In this document: one piece after another, positions 33,206 through 44,541 of the stretch | How the letters are laid out: every line of letters starts with the position of its first letter | Numbering within the stretch: position 1 is the first letter of the stretch | Source: Candidatus Omnitrophota bacterium | GTDB taxonomy: Bacteria; Omnitrophota; Gorgyraeia; Gygaellales; Profunditerraquicolaceae | NCBI GenBank assembly: GCA_028715785.1 | Contig: JAQURC010000008.1 | Span: forward strand, 1 to 63,646 | DNA length: 63,646 nt | Reading direction: 5' to 3' | Position numbers and translations under genes: made by a program | The notes under the pieces: generated by a model | Database searches by the model: none | The model's input: the letters and a program-made list of their open reading frames with translations, nothing else | What the model was told of the DNA's origin: nothing

Positions 33206-34932
33206 TCCAATTAAAAGGAATAGCTGCTGCCAGCGGCATAAGTATCGGGCCGGTTTATAAAATCGGAAGCGAGGAGTTTGTCGTCGTGCGCCAGGCAATC
33301 AAGTGGGAGGATATCCCCGCGCAGATCCAGCTTTTCGAAGAAGCGCTGATCAAGACCCGCCGCGAAATTATCGAACTGCAAAAGAGGATCAGCTCGGATA
33401 TGGGCCAGGAGGAGGCCCAGATCTTTGATGCCCACCTTTTGGTCCTGGAAGACCGCATGCTTATTGAAGAGGTCATCTCCCGCCTGAAGAAGGAACAGCT
33501 TAATGTTGCCTATGTTTTTTCGGAAGTTTTAAAAAAATATATCGGTGTCTTCTTAAAGATCGAAGATGAATACCTTAAGGAGCGCACCGCCGATATCAAT
33601 GATGTCGGCAGGAGGATATTAAGGAACCTTTTGGGTAAAGAGAGGAAGGGGCTGGAAGATATCAAAGAAAAAGCGATCATTGTCGCCCATGACCTTTCTC
33701 CTTCGGATACCGCGGCAATGCATACTAAAAATGTCGCTGCTTTTGTCACCGATATCGGAGGAAAAACTTCGCATACGGCGATTATGGCCAAATCTCTTGA
33801 AATACCGGCGGTAGTCGGTTTGGAAACTATTACCGCCAAGGTCAATCCGGGAGATATCCTTATTGTTGATGGCATTATGGGGATAGTGATCATTGATCCG
33901 GACGAAGAGACGCTTAGGATCTATCATCAGAAACTTGAAAAATTAAAAGGTATTGCCGAAAGGTTCCTATCGGTTAAAGACCTGCCGGCAGTTACCACCG
34001 ATGGCCGGGTAGTGATGATCAGCGCAAATATTGAATTTCCCGATGAGGTCTCTTCGGTTAAACTGCATGGCAGCGAGGGTATCGGCCTTTACCGCACAGA
34101 GTTTTTTTACATGAATCGCAAGGATTCCCCCAGTGAAGAAGAGCATTATCAGGCTTATAAATATGTTGCCCAGGCGATGGAACCGCATTCGGTAGTGATC
34201 CGCACCCTGGATATCGGAGGAGATAAATTTTTATCCCAATTTAAAATTCCGTATGAGATGCAGCCATTTTTAGGATGGAGGGCGATTAGGTTTTGCCTGG
34301 CGCGCCCGGATATATTTAAATTGCAGTTACGCGCTATCCTTAGGGCCTCGGTGCATGGCAATCTCAAGCTGATGTATCCGATGATTTCCGGCATAGATGA
34401 ACTGCGGCAAGCCAATCACCTGCTCGATGAAGCCAAAAAGGAGTTAAAAAAGAAGGGCCTGGCTTTTAACGACCAAATCCGGGTAGGGGTAATGATCGAG
34501 GTCCCTTCAGCGGCAATGACCGCCGATATTTTAGCCAAAGAAACGGATTTTTTCAGTATCGGCACCAACGATTTAATCCAGTATTCTTTGGCGGTTGACC
34601 GGGCCAATGAAAAAGTCGCCTATCTTTATGAGCCGGCGCACCCGGCAATTTTAAGGTTGGTCAAAAATATTATTGATGCCGCCCATAGCGCCAAAATTAA
34701 AGTAGCCATGTGCGGAGAGATGGCCGGGGACCCCTCTTTGGCGCTCATTCTTTTGGGGCTGGGTTTAGACGAGTTTAGTATGCCGCCGCAGATTATCCCG
34801 GAACTAAAATATATCATCCGCGCCGTTGGATTTAAAGCGGCGCAGGAATTTGCCAATGAGGCGATGAAACTTTCAACCGGCGTCCAGGTGGAGGAGTTTG
34901 CTCAAAATAAACTGGCGGAGATTTTAAAATGA
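33202..34932 (+). CDS. ptsI: phosphoenolpyruvate-protein phosphotransferase (PTS Enzyme I)
   Basis: Contains GGKTSHTAIMA and FFSIGTNDLIQY, and is 576 aa long. Confidence 0.95.
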   Translation: MIQLKGIAAASGISIGPVYKIGSEEFVVVRQAIKWEDIPAQIQLFEEALIKTRREIIELQKRISSDMGQEEAQIFDAHLLVLEDRMLIEEVISRLKKEQLNVAYVFSEVLKKYIGVFLKIEDEYLKERTADINDVGRRILRNLLGKERKGLEDIKEKAIIVAHDLSPSDTAAMHTKNVAAFVTDIGGKTSHTAIMAKSLEIPAVVGLETITAKVNPGDILIVDGIMGIVIIDPDEETLRIYHQKLEKLKGIAERFLSVKDLPAVTTDGRVVMISANIEFPDEVSSVKLHGSEGIGLYRTEFFYMNRKDSPSEEEHYQAYKYVAQAMEPHSVVIRTLDIGGDKFLSQFKIPYEMQPFLGWRAIRFCLARPDIFKLQLRAILRASVHGNLKLMYPMISGIDELRQANHLLDEAKKELKKKGLAFNDQIRVGVMIEVPSAAMTADILAKETDFFSIGTNDLIQYSLAVDRANEKVAYLYEPAHPAILRLVKNIIDAAHSAKIKVAMCGEMAGDPSLALILLGLGLDEFSMPPQIIPELKYIIRAVGFKAAQEFANEAMKLSTGVQVEEFAQNKLAEILK

Positions 34933-34987
34933 GCACCTTAAAGTTCCGGTCTGGCGAAATCCCCCGAAGCTTGGCGCAGGGGGATAA

Positions 34988-35731
34988 ATGAAGGCCTTGA
35001 TCTTAGCCGCCGGATACGCAACCCGGCTTTATCCTTTGACTAAAGAATACCCGAAGCCTTTGCTGGAGGTAAAAGGCAGGCCGATTATAAATTATATCGT
35101 TGACAAATTAAAAGCAATTGCCGGTATCGATGAAATTTATATCGTAACTAACAGTAAATTTATCCTCAATTTTAGCGGGTGGGTAAAATCAATTAAATCA
35201 CCCAAGAAAATTACGCTGATAGACGACCTGACTAAGAATAATCGGGACAGGCTGGGAGCTGTCGGAGATATAAATTTTGTGATCAAAAAACAGAAGGTCA
35301 GGGAGGATCTTTTGGTAATCGGCGGTGATAATTTGTTCAGCGGTTCTTTGAAAGGATTTTTGGATTTTTCCATAAAAAGAAGGCCGGCTGTAAGCCTGGG
35401 TTTATATGGGCTAAAGCGGAGCGAGGATGCCAGCCGTTACGGGGTGGTTAAGCTGGATAACCAAAAGAAAGTAATTAGTTTTGAAGAAAAACCCGAAAAA
35501 CCGCAGAGCTCCCTGGTGGCGATGTGCTTGTATTATATGCCCAAAGATCATTTAAGTCTGGTTAAGCAGTATATCCAAAATAAAAAAGCCAATCGGGCCG
35601 ATGCCACCGGCAGTTATATCGCCTGGCTTAAAGATGAAGCGGATGTCTATGGATATGTATTTGGCGGTTCCTGGTTTGATGTCGGTGATTATAAGTATCT
35701 AAACGCGGCAAAAAAAGGTTTTGCCCAATAA
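34988..35731 (+). CDS. sugar-phosphate nucleotidyltransferase (NTP-transferase family)
   Basis: Begins [26 protein letters not shown]. Confidence 0.8.
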   Translation: MKALILAAGYATRLYPLTKEYPKPLLEVKGRPIINYIVDKLKAIAGIDEIYIVTNSKFILNFSGWVKSIKSPKKITLIDDLTKNNRDRLGAVGDINFVIKKQKVREDLLVIGGDNLFSGSLKGFLDFSIKRRPAVSLGLYGLKRSEDASRYGVVKLDNQKKVISFEEKPEKPQSSLVAMCLYYMPKDHLSLVKQYIQNKKANRADATGSYIAWLKDEADVYGYVFGGSWFDVGDYKYLNAAKKGFAQ

Positions 35732-35744
35732 TTTAGGAGGGAAA

Positions 35745-36914
35745 ATGTCAGCGTCGAAGTTTTATTTTACTTCAGAGTCGGTAACCGAAGGCCATCCGGA
35801 TAAGTTATGCGATCAGATCTCAGACGGGGTCCTGGATGCCTGTTTAAAAGATGATCCTTATTCGCGGGTCGCCTGCGAAACTTACGTAACCATGGGGCTT
35901 TTAATCGTAGGGGGCGAGATTACCACGCGCGGTTTTATACATGTGCATGAGATAAGCAGGAAGATAATCGAAGAAATAGGTTATAACCATCCTAAATACG
36001 GTTTTGATTTCCATACCTGCGCCATCCTTAATGCCATCCATTCCCAATCACCGGATATATCGCAGGGGGTCGATGTCGGCGGGGCAGGAGACCAGGGGAT
36101 CATGTTTGGTTATGCCTGTAATGAGACCGAGGAATTAATGCCGCTGGCTTTGATGTTAGCGCAGAAGCTGGCGATGCGCCTGACCGAGGTGCGTAAGAAT
36201 AATATTCTAAAATATCTTGGCCCGGACGGCAAGACCCAGGTTACCGTCGAGTATGATAACGGCAAGCCCGTGCGGGTCGATTCGGTAGTCCTGGCTTCCC
36301 AGCATACCGAGGCTATCCTGGACAGAAGCGGCAAGCGCATTACTGAAAAAGCGCGCCAGGAGATCATCCGCCAGGTTGCCGGCCCGGTACTTCGCGGCTG
36401 GGTGGATAAAAAGACTAAATATTATGTCAATCAGACGGGTAAATTCGTCGTCGGCGGGCCGCAATCCGATACGGGCATGACCGGAAGAAAAATAATCGTG
36501 GATACTTACGGCGGGGCAGTCGCCCATGGCGGCGGGGCATTTTCCGGCAAGGATCCCACTAAAGTTGACCGTTCCGCAGCGTATATGTGCCGTTATATCG
36601 CTAAAAATATCGTGGCAGCCGGTCTGGCGGATAAGTGCCTTATTCAGCTTTCTTATGTGATCGGACACGCCGATCCTCTGTCGGTTATGGTCAAGACCGA
36701 AGGAACATCGGTTATTCCGGAGGAGGCTTTGGTCAAACTGGTAAGGCAGAATTTCCAGCTCAGGCCCAAAGGAATTATTGATGCATTGAGATTGCGCCGG
36801 CCTATATATAGGAAGACCGCCAGCTACGGGCATTTCGGCAGGCCGGAGCCGGAATTCCTGTGGGAGAAAACGGATAAGGCGCAAATTTTGAAGAAGCAAG
36901 CCAGCTGTTTATAA
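35745..36914 (+). CDS. metK: S-adenosylmethionine synthase
   Basis: Contains [12 protein letters not shown] and [16 protein letters not shown]. The start is at ATG 35745, behind AGGAGG. Confidence 0.95.
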   Translation: MSASKFYFTSESVTEGHPDKLCDQISDGVLDACLKDDPYSRVACETYVTMGLLIVGGEITTRGFIHVHEISRKIIEEIGYNHPKYGFDFHTCAILNAIHSQSPDISQGVDVGGAGDQGIMFGYACNETEELMPLALMLAQKLAMRLTEVRKNNILKYLGPDGKTQVTVEYDNGKPVRVDSVVLASQHTEAILDRSGKRITEKARQEIIRQVAGPVLRGWVDKKTKYYVNQTGKFVVGGPQSDTGMTGRKIIVDTYGGAVAHGGGAFSGKDPTKVDRSAAYMCRYIAKNIVAAGLADKCLIQLSYVIGHADPLSVMVKTEGTSVIPEEALVKLVRQNFQLRPKGIIDALRLRRPIYRKTASYGHFGRPEPEFLWEKTDKAQILKKQASCL

Positions 36915-36916
36915 TG

Positions 36917-36970
36917 ACACCCCGCGCTTATAAGGAATTGCGCGGGTGTGCCCCTGTGGGCAAGAGAGGA
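36917..36970 (+). repeat. family D repeat, copy 3, between metK and ahcY
   Basis: Sequence ACACCCCGCGCTTATAAGGAATTGCGCGGGTGTGCCCCTGTGGGCAAGAGAGGA. It ends in the ahcY Shine-Dalgarno. Confidence 0.9.
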
Positions 36971-36976
36971 TAAGTA

Positions 36977-38233
36977 ATGAAATACGATATTAAAGATATA
37001 AAGTTAGCTAGAAAAGGCGCTTTAAGGATTGAGTGGGCCTCTAAAAATATGCCGGTACTCGGTTTAATTAAACAGAGGTTTTTAAAGGAGAAGCCTTTAA
37101 AGGGGTTAAAGATTGCCTGCTGCCTGCATGTTACTACGGAGACCGCGGTATTGGCGGATGTTTTAAAATCCGGCGGAGCAGAGACGTATCTGTGCGCATC
37201 CAACCCTCTTTCGACCCAGGATGATGTGGCGGCTTCTTTGGTGAGAGATTTAAAGGTGGCTGTTTTTGCCATTAAGGGCGAAGACACTAAAACTTATTAT
37301 CTGCATATGAAATCCGCCCTCGCGGCCAAGCCGGATATTACCATGGATGACGGCGCGGATTTGGTGAGTACTATCCACCAGCGTTCGGTGAGTGAACATG
37401 CTAATATTATTGGCGGCACGGAAGAAACCACTACCGGAGTAATTCGTTTACGGGCTTTGGCGCAAGAAGGTAAATTGCGTTATCCGATAATTGCGGTTAA
37501 CGACGCGCAAACCAAGCATCTTTTTGATAACCGTTACGGCACAGGGCAGTCTACTCTTGACGGGGTTATCCGCTCGACAAATAAATTAATTGCCGGGGCT
37601 AATTTTGTAGTCTGCGGTTACGGCTGGTGCGGCAAAGGCACGGCGATGCGCGCAAAAGGCATGGGAGCCAAAGTAATCGTTATTGAAGTCGATCCCCTGC
37701 GGGCGCTGGAGGCCACGATGGACGGTTTTGAAGTTATGCCGATCCGCCAGGCAGCCAAAACAGGGGATATTTTTGTTACGGTTACCGGGGACATCAATGT
37801 TATCCGCAAAGAGCACTTTGGCCTGATGAAAGACGGGGCAATTGTCGCTAACTCCGGTCATTTTAATGTTGAGATTGATATCCCGGGTTTAGAGGCAATC
37901 GCAAAATCTAAACGGGCAACTCGCGATTTTGTGGATGAATATACCTTAAAAAATAATCGTAAAATTTATCTTTTAGGAGAGGGCCGTTTGATTAATTTAG
38001 CCGCCGCTGAAGGCCATCCGGCCAGCGTGATGGACATGTCTTTTGCCAATCAGGCTCTTTCTGCCGAATATATGGCCAAGAATTACCGTTTGTTAAAAAA
38101 ACAGGTCTATACTGTTCCGGAAGATATCGATAAGAATATCGCCAGGCTCAAGCTTCAGTCGATGGGGATTGCGATCGATACCCTGACTGCACAGCAGAAA
38201 AAATACCTGGCCAGCTGGGAGATGGGCACTTGA
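36977..38233 (+). CDS. ahcY: adenosylhomocysteinase
   Basis: Contains MPVLGLIK and the [11 protein letters not shown] site, is 418 aa long, and follows metK. Confidence 0.95.
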   Translation: MKYDIKDIKLARKGALRIEWASKNMPVLGLIKQRFLKEKPLKGLKIACCLHVTTETAVLADVLKSGGAETYLCASNPLSTQDDVAASLVRDLKVAVFAIKGEDTKTYYLHMKSALAAKPDITMDDGADLVSTIHQRSVSEHANIIGGTEETTTGVIRLRALAQEGKLRYPIIAVNDAQTKHLFDNRYGTGQSTLDGVIRSTNKLIAGANFVVCGYGWCGKGTAMRAKGMGAKVIVIEVDPLRALEATMDGFEVMPIRQAAKTGDIFVTVTGDINVIRKEHFGLMKDGAIVANSGHFNVEIDIPGLEAIAKSKRATRDFVDEYTLKNNRKIYLLGEGRLINLAAAEGHPASVMDMSFANQALSAEYMAKNYRLLKKQVYTVPEDIDKNIARLKLQSMGIAIDTLTAQQKKYLASWEMGT

Positions 38234-38238
38234 TAATT

Positions 38239-38298
38239 CGTGTAATGTGTAAAGAAAAAGATTTTTTACATTACACATTACACGTTTAACGTTACACG
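38239..38298. repeat. heptamer-built hairpin, shorter copy 2, between ahcY and pfkA
   Basis: CGTGTAATGTGTAAAGAAAAAGATTTTTTACATTACACATTACACG... uses the same units and a similar loop. Confidence 0.85.
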
Positions 38299-38336
38299 GA
38301 ATATTGGGCCATATTAGAAGTGTATAAGAGGGAATA

Positions 38337-39296
38337 ATGAAGAGAATTGCTGTGTTAACGACAGGCGGCGATGCCCCGGGGATGAATCCGGCAATCCGCT
38401 CCGTGGTGCGCTATGGGATCAATCAAAAACTGGAGGTAATGGGCGTTTTCCGCGGATGGTGGGGTTTGATTAATGAAGAGTTAAAAATTTTAAACCAGCG
38501 TTCTGTTTCCGGGATTATCGGCCAGGGCGGGACGGTTTTAAAAACCGCCCGCTGTTCGGAATTCAGGACCGAAGAGGGGCAGAAGCGGGCGTATGAAACA
38601 GTTAAGAAAAATAATATTGACGGCCTGGTCGCTATCGGCGGCAACGGTTCTTTTTCCGCCGCCCATGAATTTTATAAGAAATATAATGTTCCTTGTGTCG
38701 GCATAGCCGCTTCCATCGATAACGACATTAACGGCATAGATTATACTATCGGCACGGATACGGCGATCAATACCGCCCTGGATGCTATTGATAAGATCCG
38801 CGATACCGCCACCAGCATGGAGCGGATCTTTGTTGTCGAGGTAATGGGAAGGGAATCGGGTTTTATCGCCCTGACCGTCGCCCTTGCCGGGGGATGCGAG
38901 GATGTGATTATTCCGGAGAAGGAATTAGACCTTAAGGCGGTTTGCCATGACATAGTGCATGGTAATCTGATCGGAAAAATGAGCTGGATTATCGTGCTTG
39001 CCGAAGGGGCAGGTAAGGCCGATGACCTTGCCAGGCAAATTACCGATATGACCGGGTTAGAAACCCGCACAGTAGTTTTGGGCCATGTGCAAAGAGGGGG
39101 CCGGCCGACAGCTTTTAGCCGGGATATGGCTTTAAACCTTGGCAAGGCGGCGGTTGATTGCCTGCTTGCGGGTAAAACAGATATCGCATTAGGGATGAAC
39201 GCCGGAAGGATCGTAGAAGTTAATTTTGAGGTTGCTATAAGGAAAAAAGAATTAAAGGTGGATAATTTTTACAATTTAATTAAAGTTTTGACTTGA
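38337..39296 (+). CDS. pfkA: ATP-dependent 6-phosphofructokinase
   Basis: Contains TTGGDAPGMN and GIAASIDNDI. Confidence 0.9.
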   Translation: MKRIAVLTTGGDAPGMNPAIRSVVRYGINQKLEVMGVFRGWWGLINEELKILNQRSVSGIIGQGGTVLKTARCSEFRTEEGQKRAYETVKKNNIDGLVAIGGNGSFSAAHEFYKKYNVPCVGIAASIDNDINGIDYTIGTDTAINTALDAIDKIRDTATSMERIFVVEVMGRESGFIALTVALAGGCEDVIIPEKELDLKAVCHDIVHGNLIGKMSWIIVLAEGAGKADDLARQITDMTGLETRTVVLGHVQRGGRPTAFSRDMALNLGKAAVDCLLAGKTDIALGMNAGRIVEVNFEVAIRKKELKVDNFYNLIKVLT

Positions 39297-39313
39297 TAAG
39301 GAGATGAATCAAA

Positions 39314-40639
39314 ATGGGAAGAAAGCCGCTTGAAATTGACAAAATTGTAATGGATTTAATTTTAACCGAGGATGTAACCCTAAAAAAGAAATTAGCCAAG
39401 AAAATCCTGGATATCGCCTATAAAAAAGGGATTTATCCTTCCAGTATCCATGAGCTTTATATTGCCCGCGGCAGGGGCGAATTTAGCGGCTTTACCGTGC
39501 CGGCGATGAACCTGCGCAGTATGACTTATGATTTGGCCCGGGCAATATTCAGGACGGCTAAAAAGAATAATTCCGGCGCATTTATTTTTGAGATTGCCAA
39601 ATCCGAAATGGGTTATACGGCCCAGGCCCCGGTTGAATATACTTCGGTTGTGTTGGCTGCGGCAATAAAGGAGGATTATCGCGGGCCGGTATTTATCCAG
39701 GCAGACCATTGCCAGGTCAATGCCAAGAAATTCCAGGATAATCCGGATAAGGAACTGGAGGCGCTGCAGAGCATGATCGCCGACAGCATTGACGGGGGTT
39801 TCTACAATATCGATATTGATTCCTCGACGCTGGTGGATTTATCCAAAAAGGAGATCAAGAAACAGCAGAAGGATAATTATGAGGCCTGCGCGAAATTAAC
39901 GCAGTTTATCCGCCGCATCGAACCAAAAGGTATCACGGTTTCGGTGGGCGGGGAGATCGGCGAGGTAGGGCATCAGAATTCAACCGCCGAAGACCTGCGC
40001 GCGTTTATGGAAGGCTATAAAGAAAGGCTGCGTAAAGGCCTGGTCGGTATAAGTAAAATATCTGTTCAGACCGGGACCTCCCACGGCGGAGTGGTTAAGG
40101 CCGACGGCTCTATCGCCGAGGTTAAACTGGATTTCGCTACCTTAAATACTCTTTCCGGTATCGCTCAAAAAGAATTCGGCCTGGGCGGAGCAGTGCAGCA
40201 CGGCGCTTCCACTCTACCGGAAGAGATGTTCCATAAATTCCCGGAGAATAACACCTTGGAAGTGCATTTGGCAACCGGATTCCAGAATATGATGTTTGAC
40301 AGCAAATATTTTCCCGCGGATTTAAAGAATAAAATTTATGAGTGGCTAAAGGTTAACGCTGCCAGCGAAAGGAAAGAAGGAGAAACCGAGGAGCAGTTTT
40401 TTTATAAAGCGCGTAAAAAAGCGTTAGGTCCGTTTAAGAAAGAGATTATGTCTTTAGCGCAGGATTTACGCGATAAAATCGCCGCGGAGATCGAATCCAA
40501 GTTTGATTTCCTTTTTAAACAGCTTGGCGCGGTAAACAACCGCGCGCTGGTGGATAAATATGTTAGCTTAAAGCGGGTAATTACGCGTAAACATAAGGCG
40601 GCTCCCGGAGTAGTCCACGACGGAGAGGGCGCCGACTAA
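39314..40639 (+). CDS. class II fructose/ketose-bisphosphate aldolase family protein (long form)
   Basis: Contains FIQADHC, TGTSHGG and VQHGAST, which resemble the class II aldolase metal and phosphate sites. It follows pfkA. Confidence 0.7.
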   Translation: MGRKPLEIDKIVMDLILTEDVTLKKKLAKKILDIAYKKGIYPSSIHELYIARGRGEFSGFTVPAMNLRSMTYDLARAIFRTAKKNNSGAFIFEIAKSEMGYTAQAPVEYTSVVLAAAIKEDYRGPVFIQADHCQVNAKKFQDNPDKELEALQSMIADSIDGGFYNIDIDSSTLVDLSKKEIKKQQKDNYEACAKLTQFIRRIEPKGITVSVGGEIGEVGHQNSTAEDLRAFMEGYKERLRKGLVGISKISVQTGTSHGGVVKADGSIAEVKLDFATLNTLSGIAQKEFGLGGAVQHGASTLPEEMFHKFPENNTLEVHLATGFQNMMFDSKYFPADLKNKIYEWLKVNAASERKEGETEEQFFYKARKKALGPFKKEIMSLAQDLRDKIAAEIESKFDFLFKQLGAVNNRALVDKYVSLKRVITRKHKAAPGVVHDGEGAD

Positions 40640-40645
40640 AAACTT

Positions 40646-40680
40646 GGGGACGGTTCTCTTTTTAAGAGAGAACCGTCCCC
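40646..40680. repeat. simple GGGGACGGTTCTC hairpin (the REP-1 outer stem without the insert)
   Basis: GGGGACGGTTCTCTTTTTAAGAGAGAACCGTCCCC is a perfect 14-bp stem after the fba stop. There is no T-run, so its terminator function is uncertain. Confidence 0.8.
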
Positions 40681-40710
40681 ATGATTCAAATTATAACAGG
40701 GAGATAATAT

Positions 40711-42363
40711 ATGCGTTCAGACCAGATCAAAAAAGGTTTAGACAGGGTGCCGCACAGAGCGCTTTTGCATGCTACCGGCTTGTCTAAAAAAGATTTGGGC
40801 CGTCCGTTTATCGGCGTAGCTTCATCATTTACCGATCTTATCCCCGGACATATCGGGATGCGCGATTTGGAAAGGTTTATTGAGCGCGGCGTCTGTTATG
40901 GCGGGGGCGTGCCGTTTTTATTCGGCGTGCCCGGTATTTGCGACGGGATCGCGATGGGGCATCTGGGAATGTGTTATCCCCTGGCTTTACGCGAGATCGT
41001 TGCCGATACTATCGAAACCGTCTGCAACGCGCATCAGTTAGACGGGATCATCTGTTTGACTAACTGTGATAAAATTACTCCGGGTATGCTCATGGGCATA
41101 CGGCGCCTGAATATTCCGGCGATTATCGTTACTGCCGGCCCGATGCTTTCGGGCAGATTCAATAAAAGAAAATTAGCTTTTGTGCATGATACATTTGAAG
41201 GGATGGCCAGGGCAAAAAAAGGGGATATCTGCGCGCAGGAGCTTTCGTGTTTAGAAATGGAGGCCTGTCCGGGCCAAGGTTCATGCCAGGGTTTATATAC
41301 TGCCAATACCATGGCCTGTTTGACTGAAACCATGGGCATGTCCATTCCCGGCTGCGGGACAGCCCTGGCAGGAACGGCCAAGAAACGCAGGATTGCCCAG
41401 GCCAGCGGTGAACGGATTGTGGAACTGGTAAAGAAAAATATCAAGCCAAGCGATATTATTACCAGGGAATCTTTAGAAAATGCTATTGTGGTGGATATGG
41501 CTTTGGGCGGCTCAAGTAACACGGTCCTGCACCTAATGAGCATTGCCCATGAAGCTGGTATTGATTTGGATTTAAAGACATTTGATAAAATCAGCAAGGG
41601 TGTGCCGCATATCACTAACATTGAACCGGCAGGCGAGCATTTTATGGAGGACCTGGAATATGCCGGCGGGATCCCGGCGGTATTAAAAAGATTGAAATCT
41701 AAATTGAATAATACTTTGAATGTAAGCGGCCAGAAAACATTTGCGATCGCCGACAGCGCGGATATTTTTGATGAGGAGGTGATCCGTCCTTTTTCGCGCG
41801 CCTACCATAAGCAGGGCGGGATTGCGGTTTTATACGGAAATATCGCTCCCAATGGGGCAGTGGTAAAGCAGTCCGGGGTGAGTGTAAAAATGATGAAATT
41901 TACCGGCAGGGCTTGCGTATTTAACCGCGAAGAAGAGGCGATGCAGGCGATCATGAATAATAAAATCAAAAAAGGCGATTGCATTGTTATCCGTTATGAA
42001 GGGCCCGCCGGAGGCCCGGGAATGCGGGAGATGCTGGCTCCTACGGCGGCGATTGTCGGTTTAGGTTTGAGCGATTCCGTGGCCTTAATTACCGACGGCC
42101 GTTTTTCAGGCGGGACCAAAGGCCCCTGCATTGGCCATATTTCGCCGGAGGCTTCGGCCGGCGGCCCGATCGCGATTATTCGAGACGGTGATACAATAAA
42201 TATCGATATTCCAAACCGCAAAATCGAAGTTAAATTAAGCAAAACGGAAATAGAAAAAAGATTTAAGGGCTGGGAACCGGTTGAGCCAAAAATTAAGACC
42301 GGATACCTTTCCCGTTATTCAAGGATGGTCAGCTCTGCGGATAAAGGAGCGGTTTTAAAATAA
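40711..42363 (+). CDS. ilvD: dihydroxy-acid dehydratase
   Basis: Contains [20 protein letters not shown]-like ([12 protein letters not shown]) and PGMREM. Confidence 0.95.
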   Translation: MRSDQIKKGLDRVPHRALLHATGLSKKDLGRPFIGVASSFTDLIPGHIGMRDLERFIERGVCYGGGVPFLFGVPGICDGIAMGHLGMCYPLALREIVADTIETVCNAHQLDGIICLTNCDKITPGMLMGIRRLNIPAIIVTAGPMLSGRFNKRKLAFVHDTFEGMARAKKGDICAQELSCLEMEACPGQGSCQGLYTANTMACLTETMGMSIPGCGTALAGTAKKRRIAQASGERIVELVKKNIKPSDIITRESLENAIVVDMALGGSSNTVLHLMSIAHEAGIDLDLKTFDKISKGVPHITNIEPAGEHFMEDLEYAGGIPAVLKRLKSKLNNTLNVSGQKTFAIADSADIFDEEVIRPFSRAYHKQGGIAVLYGNIAPNGAVVKQSGVSVKMMKFTGRACVFNREEEAMQAIMNNKIKKGDCIVIRYEGPAGGPGMREMLAPTAAIVGLGLSDSVALITDGRFSGGTKGPCIGHISPEASAGGPIAIIRDGDTINIDIPNRKIEVKLSKTEIEKRFKGWEPVEPKIKTGYLSRYSRMVSSADKGAVLK

Positions 42364-42364
42364 T

Positions 42365-44038
42365 ATGAAGATGAACGGTTCACAAATACTGTTAGAGTGC
42401 TTAAAACGTGAAGGGGTGGAGGTGGTTTTCGGCTATCCCGGAGGACAGATACTTCCTACTTTTGACGCTCTCTATGGTTACGAAGGGTTTAAATTTATAC
42501 TCACCCGCCACGAACAGGGAGCAGCGCACGCTGCAGACGGCTATGCCCGGGCAACGGGCAAGGTTGGAGTTTGCTTGGCGACCAGCGGCCCGGGAGCAAC
42601 CAACCTGGTTACCGGAATTGCCAATGCGTTTATGGATTCCATCCCGATGGTCGCCATTACCGGCCAGGTCCCTACCGGATTAATCGGCAATGATGCCTTC
42701 CAGGAAGCCGACATTACCGGCATCACCCGCCCGATTACTAAACACAATTATTTGGTTAAAGACATCAAGGATTTAGCTCGTATTGTAAGGGAGGCTTTTT
42801 ATATTGCCTCAAGCGGACGCCCCGGCCCTGTGCTTATCGATTTACCTAAAGATGTGCAGGTTGCCCAAACAGAATTTATCTGGCCGCAGGAGATAAAACT
42901 TAGAAGTTATAATCCTAACTATTCCGGTCATCCCGGGCAGATCAAGCGCGCGGCAAAGCTGATCATGGAGGCAAAGCGCCCGATAATTTATGCCGGCGGA
43001 GGAATTATTACTTCAGGGGCGTCATTTGAATTATTGGAATTAGCGGAAAAGACAGGCTGTCCGGTGACCTGGACATTGATGGGTATAGGAGGGTTTCCTT
43101 CTAAACATAAGCAATCCTTGGGTATGCTCGGTATGCATGGCACCGCCTACGCCAATCATAGTATTATGGAGTCGGATCTGATCATCGCCCTGGGCGCGCG
43201 TTTTGATGACCGGGTAACCGGAAGGCTGGACCTATTTGCTCCCGATGCTAAAGTAATCCATATTGATATCGATCCTTCATCGATCAGCAAGAATGTGCAC
43301 GTTGATATCCCTATCGTCGGGGATGCCCGGCAGGTAATTACCGAGCTTTCCAGCGAAATAAAACAGGTTCTTTCCATAGAGGATTGGCTTAAACACGTTG
43401 ATTCTTTAAAGAAAAAATATCCGATGCGGTATAAAGATAAAGATAAGATCCTGCCCCAATACGTCATTCAGCAGATCGATGAAGTTACGCGCGGGGATGC
43501 GATTATTTGCACCGAAGTCGGACAGCATCAGATGTGGGCGGCGCAGTGGTTTAATTATACCAAACCGCGTACATTTATTTCCTCGGGAGGCTTGGGGACC
43601 ATGGGTTTTGGATTTCCGGCATCGATCGGGGCAAAGCTGGGGCGCCCGGAGAAAACTGTTTTTAATGTCGCCGGAGACGGCTCGATACAGATGAATATCC
43701 AAGAGCTGGGGACTTGCGTCGCCAATAAAATCAATGTTAAGGTCGCTATTTTAAATAATGGGTACCTGGGCATGGTGCGCCAGTGGCAGGAACTTTTTTA
43801 TAAACGCCGCTATTCTTATACTCCGATCACTAGCCCGGATTTTGTGAAACTGGCGGAGAGTTACGGGGCAGCCGGGATCCGGGTTACCAAAAAGGAAGAA
43901 GTAAGGCCCGCTCTTGAACGGGCGATCAAAACCGACAATACTGTTTTTATCGATTTTCATGTTGAAGAAGAAGAGAATGTCTATCCGATGGTGCCGGCAG
44001 GAGAGGCGATCAATAATATTATCGGAGGCCTGGCGTAA
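42365..44038 (+). CDS. ilvB: acetolactate synthase large subunit
   Basis: Has the TPP enzyme layout, with [12 protein letters not shown] and [12 protein letters not shown]. Confidence 0.95.
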   Translation: MKMNGSQILLECLKREGVEVVFGYPGGQILPTFDALYGYEGFKFILTRHEQGAAHAADGYARATGKVGVCLATSGPGATNLVTGIANAFMDSIPMVAITGQVPTGLIGNDAFQEADITGITRPITKHNYLVKDIKDLARIVREAFYIASSGRPGPVLIDLPKDVQVAQTEFIWPQEIKLRSYNPNYSGHPGQIKRAAKLIMEAKRPIIYAGGGIITSGASFELLELAEKTGCPVTWTLMGIGGFPSKHKQSLGMLGMHGTAYANHSIMESDLIIALGARFDDRVTGRLDLFAPDAKVIHIDIDPSSISKNVHVDIPIVGDARQVITELSSEIKQVLSIEDWLKHVDSLKKKYPMRYKDKDKILPQYVIQQIDEVTRGDAIICTEVGQHQMWAAQWFNYTKPRTFISSGGLGTMGFGFPASIGAKLGRPEKTVFNVAGDGSIQMNIQELGTCVANKINVKVAILNNGYLGMVRQWQELFYKRRYSYTPITSPDFVKLAESYGAAGIRVTKKEEVRPALERAIKTDNTVFIDFHVEEEENVYPMVPAGEAINNIIGGLA

Positions 44039-44508
44039 TGAAGCATACGATTTCGGTATTAGTTGAAAATAAATTTGGCGTATTGGCGCGCATAGCCGGG
44101 CTTTTTAGCGCCAGGGGATATAATATCGCCTCTTTGGCGGTCAGCGAAACCCTGGACCCGTCGGTATCTTATATGACTATTGTGGTTGAGGCGCGCGACG
44201 AGAAAGTTTTAGAGCAGATCAATAAACAGTTGAATAAGTTAATCGACGTGATTACGGTTACGGATTTTACTAAAAAGGAGCATATTGACCGCGAACTGGT
44301 TTTGGCAAAGATAAATTATACCCCTAAGGATAAAGCTAAGCTGGAGGGAGTTTTTGATAAGTTTGTAGGTAAAATCGTCCGCCATAAAGCCGATACTGCG
44401 ATTATCGAGGCAGTGGGGGATGAGCATCAGATAAAGGCGCTTTTGGAAGAGTTGGATAAATTCGGGATCAAGGAATTGGTCAGGACGGGAAAATTGGCAA
44501 TTGAGTAA
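44038..44508 (+). CDS. ilvN: acetolactate synthase small (regulatory) subunit
   Basis: Has the ACT-domain start HTISVLVENKFGVLARIAGLFS. Confidence 0.9.
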   Translation: MKHTISVLVENKFGVLARIAGLFSARGYNIASLAVSETLDPSVSYMTIVVEARDEKVLEQINKQLNKLIDVITVTDFTKKEHIDRELVLAKINYTPKDKAKLEGVFDKFVGKIVRHKADTAIIEAVGDEHQIKALLEELDKFGIKELVRTGKLAIE

Positions 44509-44541
44509 TTAAAAAAAGAGAAAAGAGAGGAGTATTGAGCA

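Noticed and set aside
34940-34987. Hairpin TCCCCC...GGGGGA sequestering the SD of the nucleotidyltransferase gene, as a possible regulatory element.
   Set aside because: It is only a 6-bp stem with a 13-nt loop, with no second copy and no conservation evidence available. That is too weak to report.
36207-36899. 230-aa minus-strand ORF.
   Set aside because: It is antisense to metK, whose identity is unambiguous. It is a typical shadow ORF. The same reasoning applies to 41034-41621 (antisense to ilvD), 32051-32587, 11136-11705 and the other antisense entries in the track.
36917-36970. SAH riboswitch upstream of ahcY (a classic location), or a SAM riboswitch near metK.
   Set aside because: The same sequence occurs before a hydrogenase subunit gene and between two tRNAs. 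It does not resemble the SAH riboswitch consensus as I remember it. It is a dispersed repeat.
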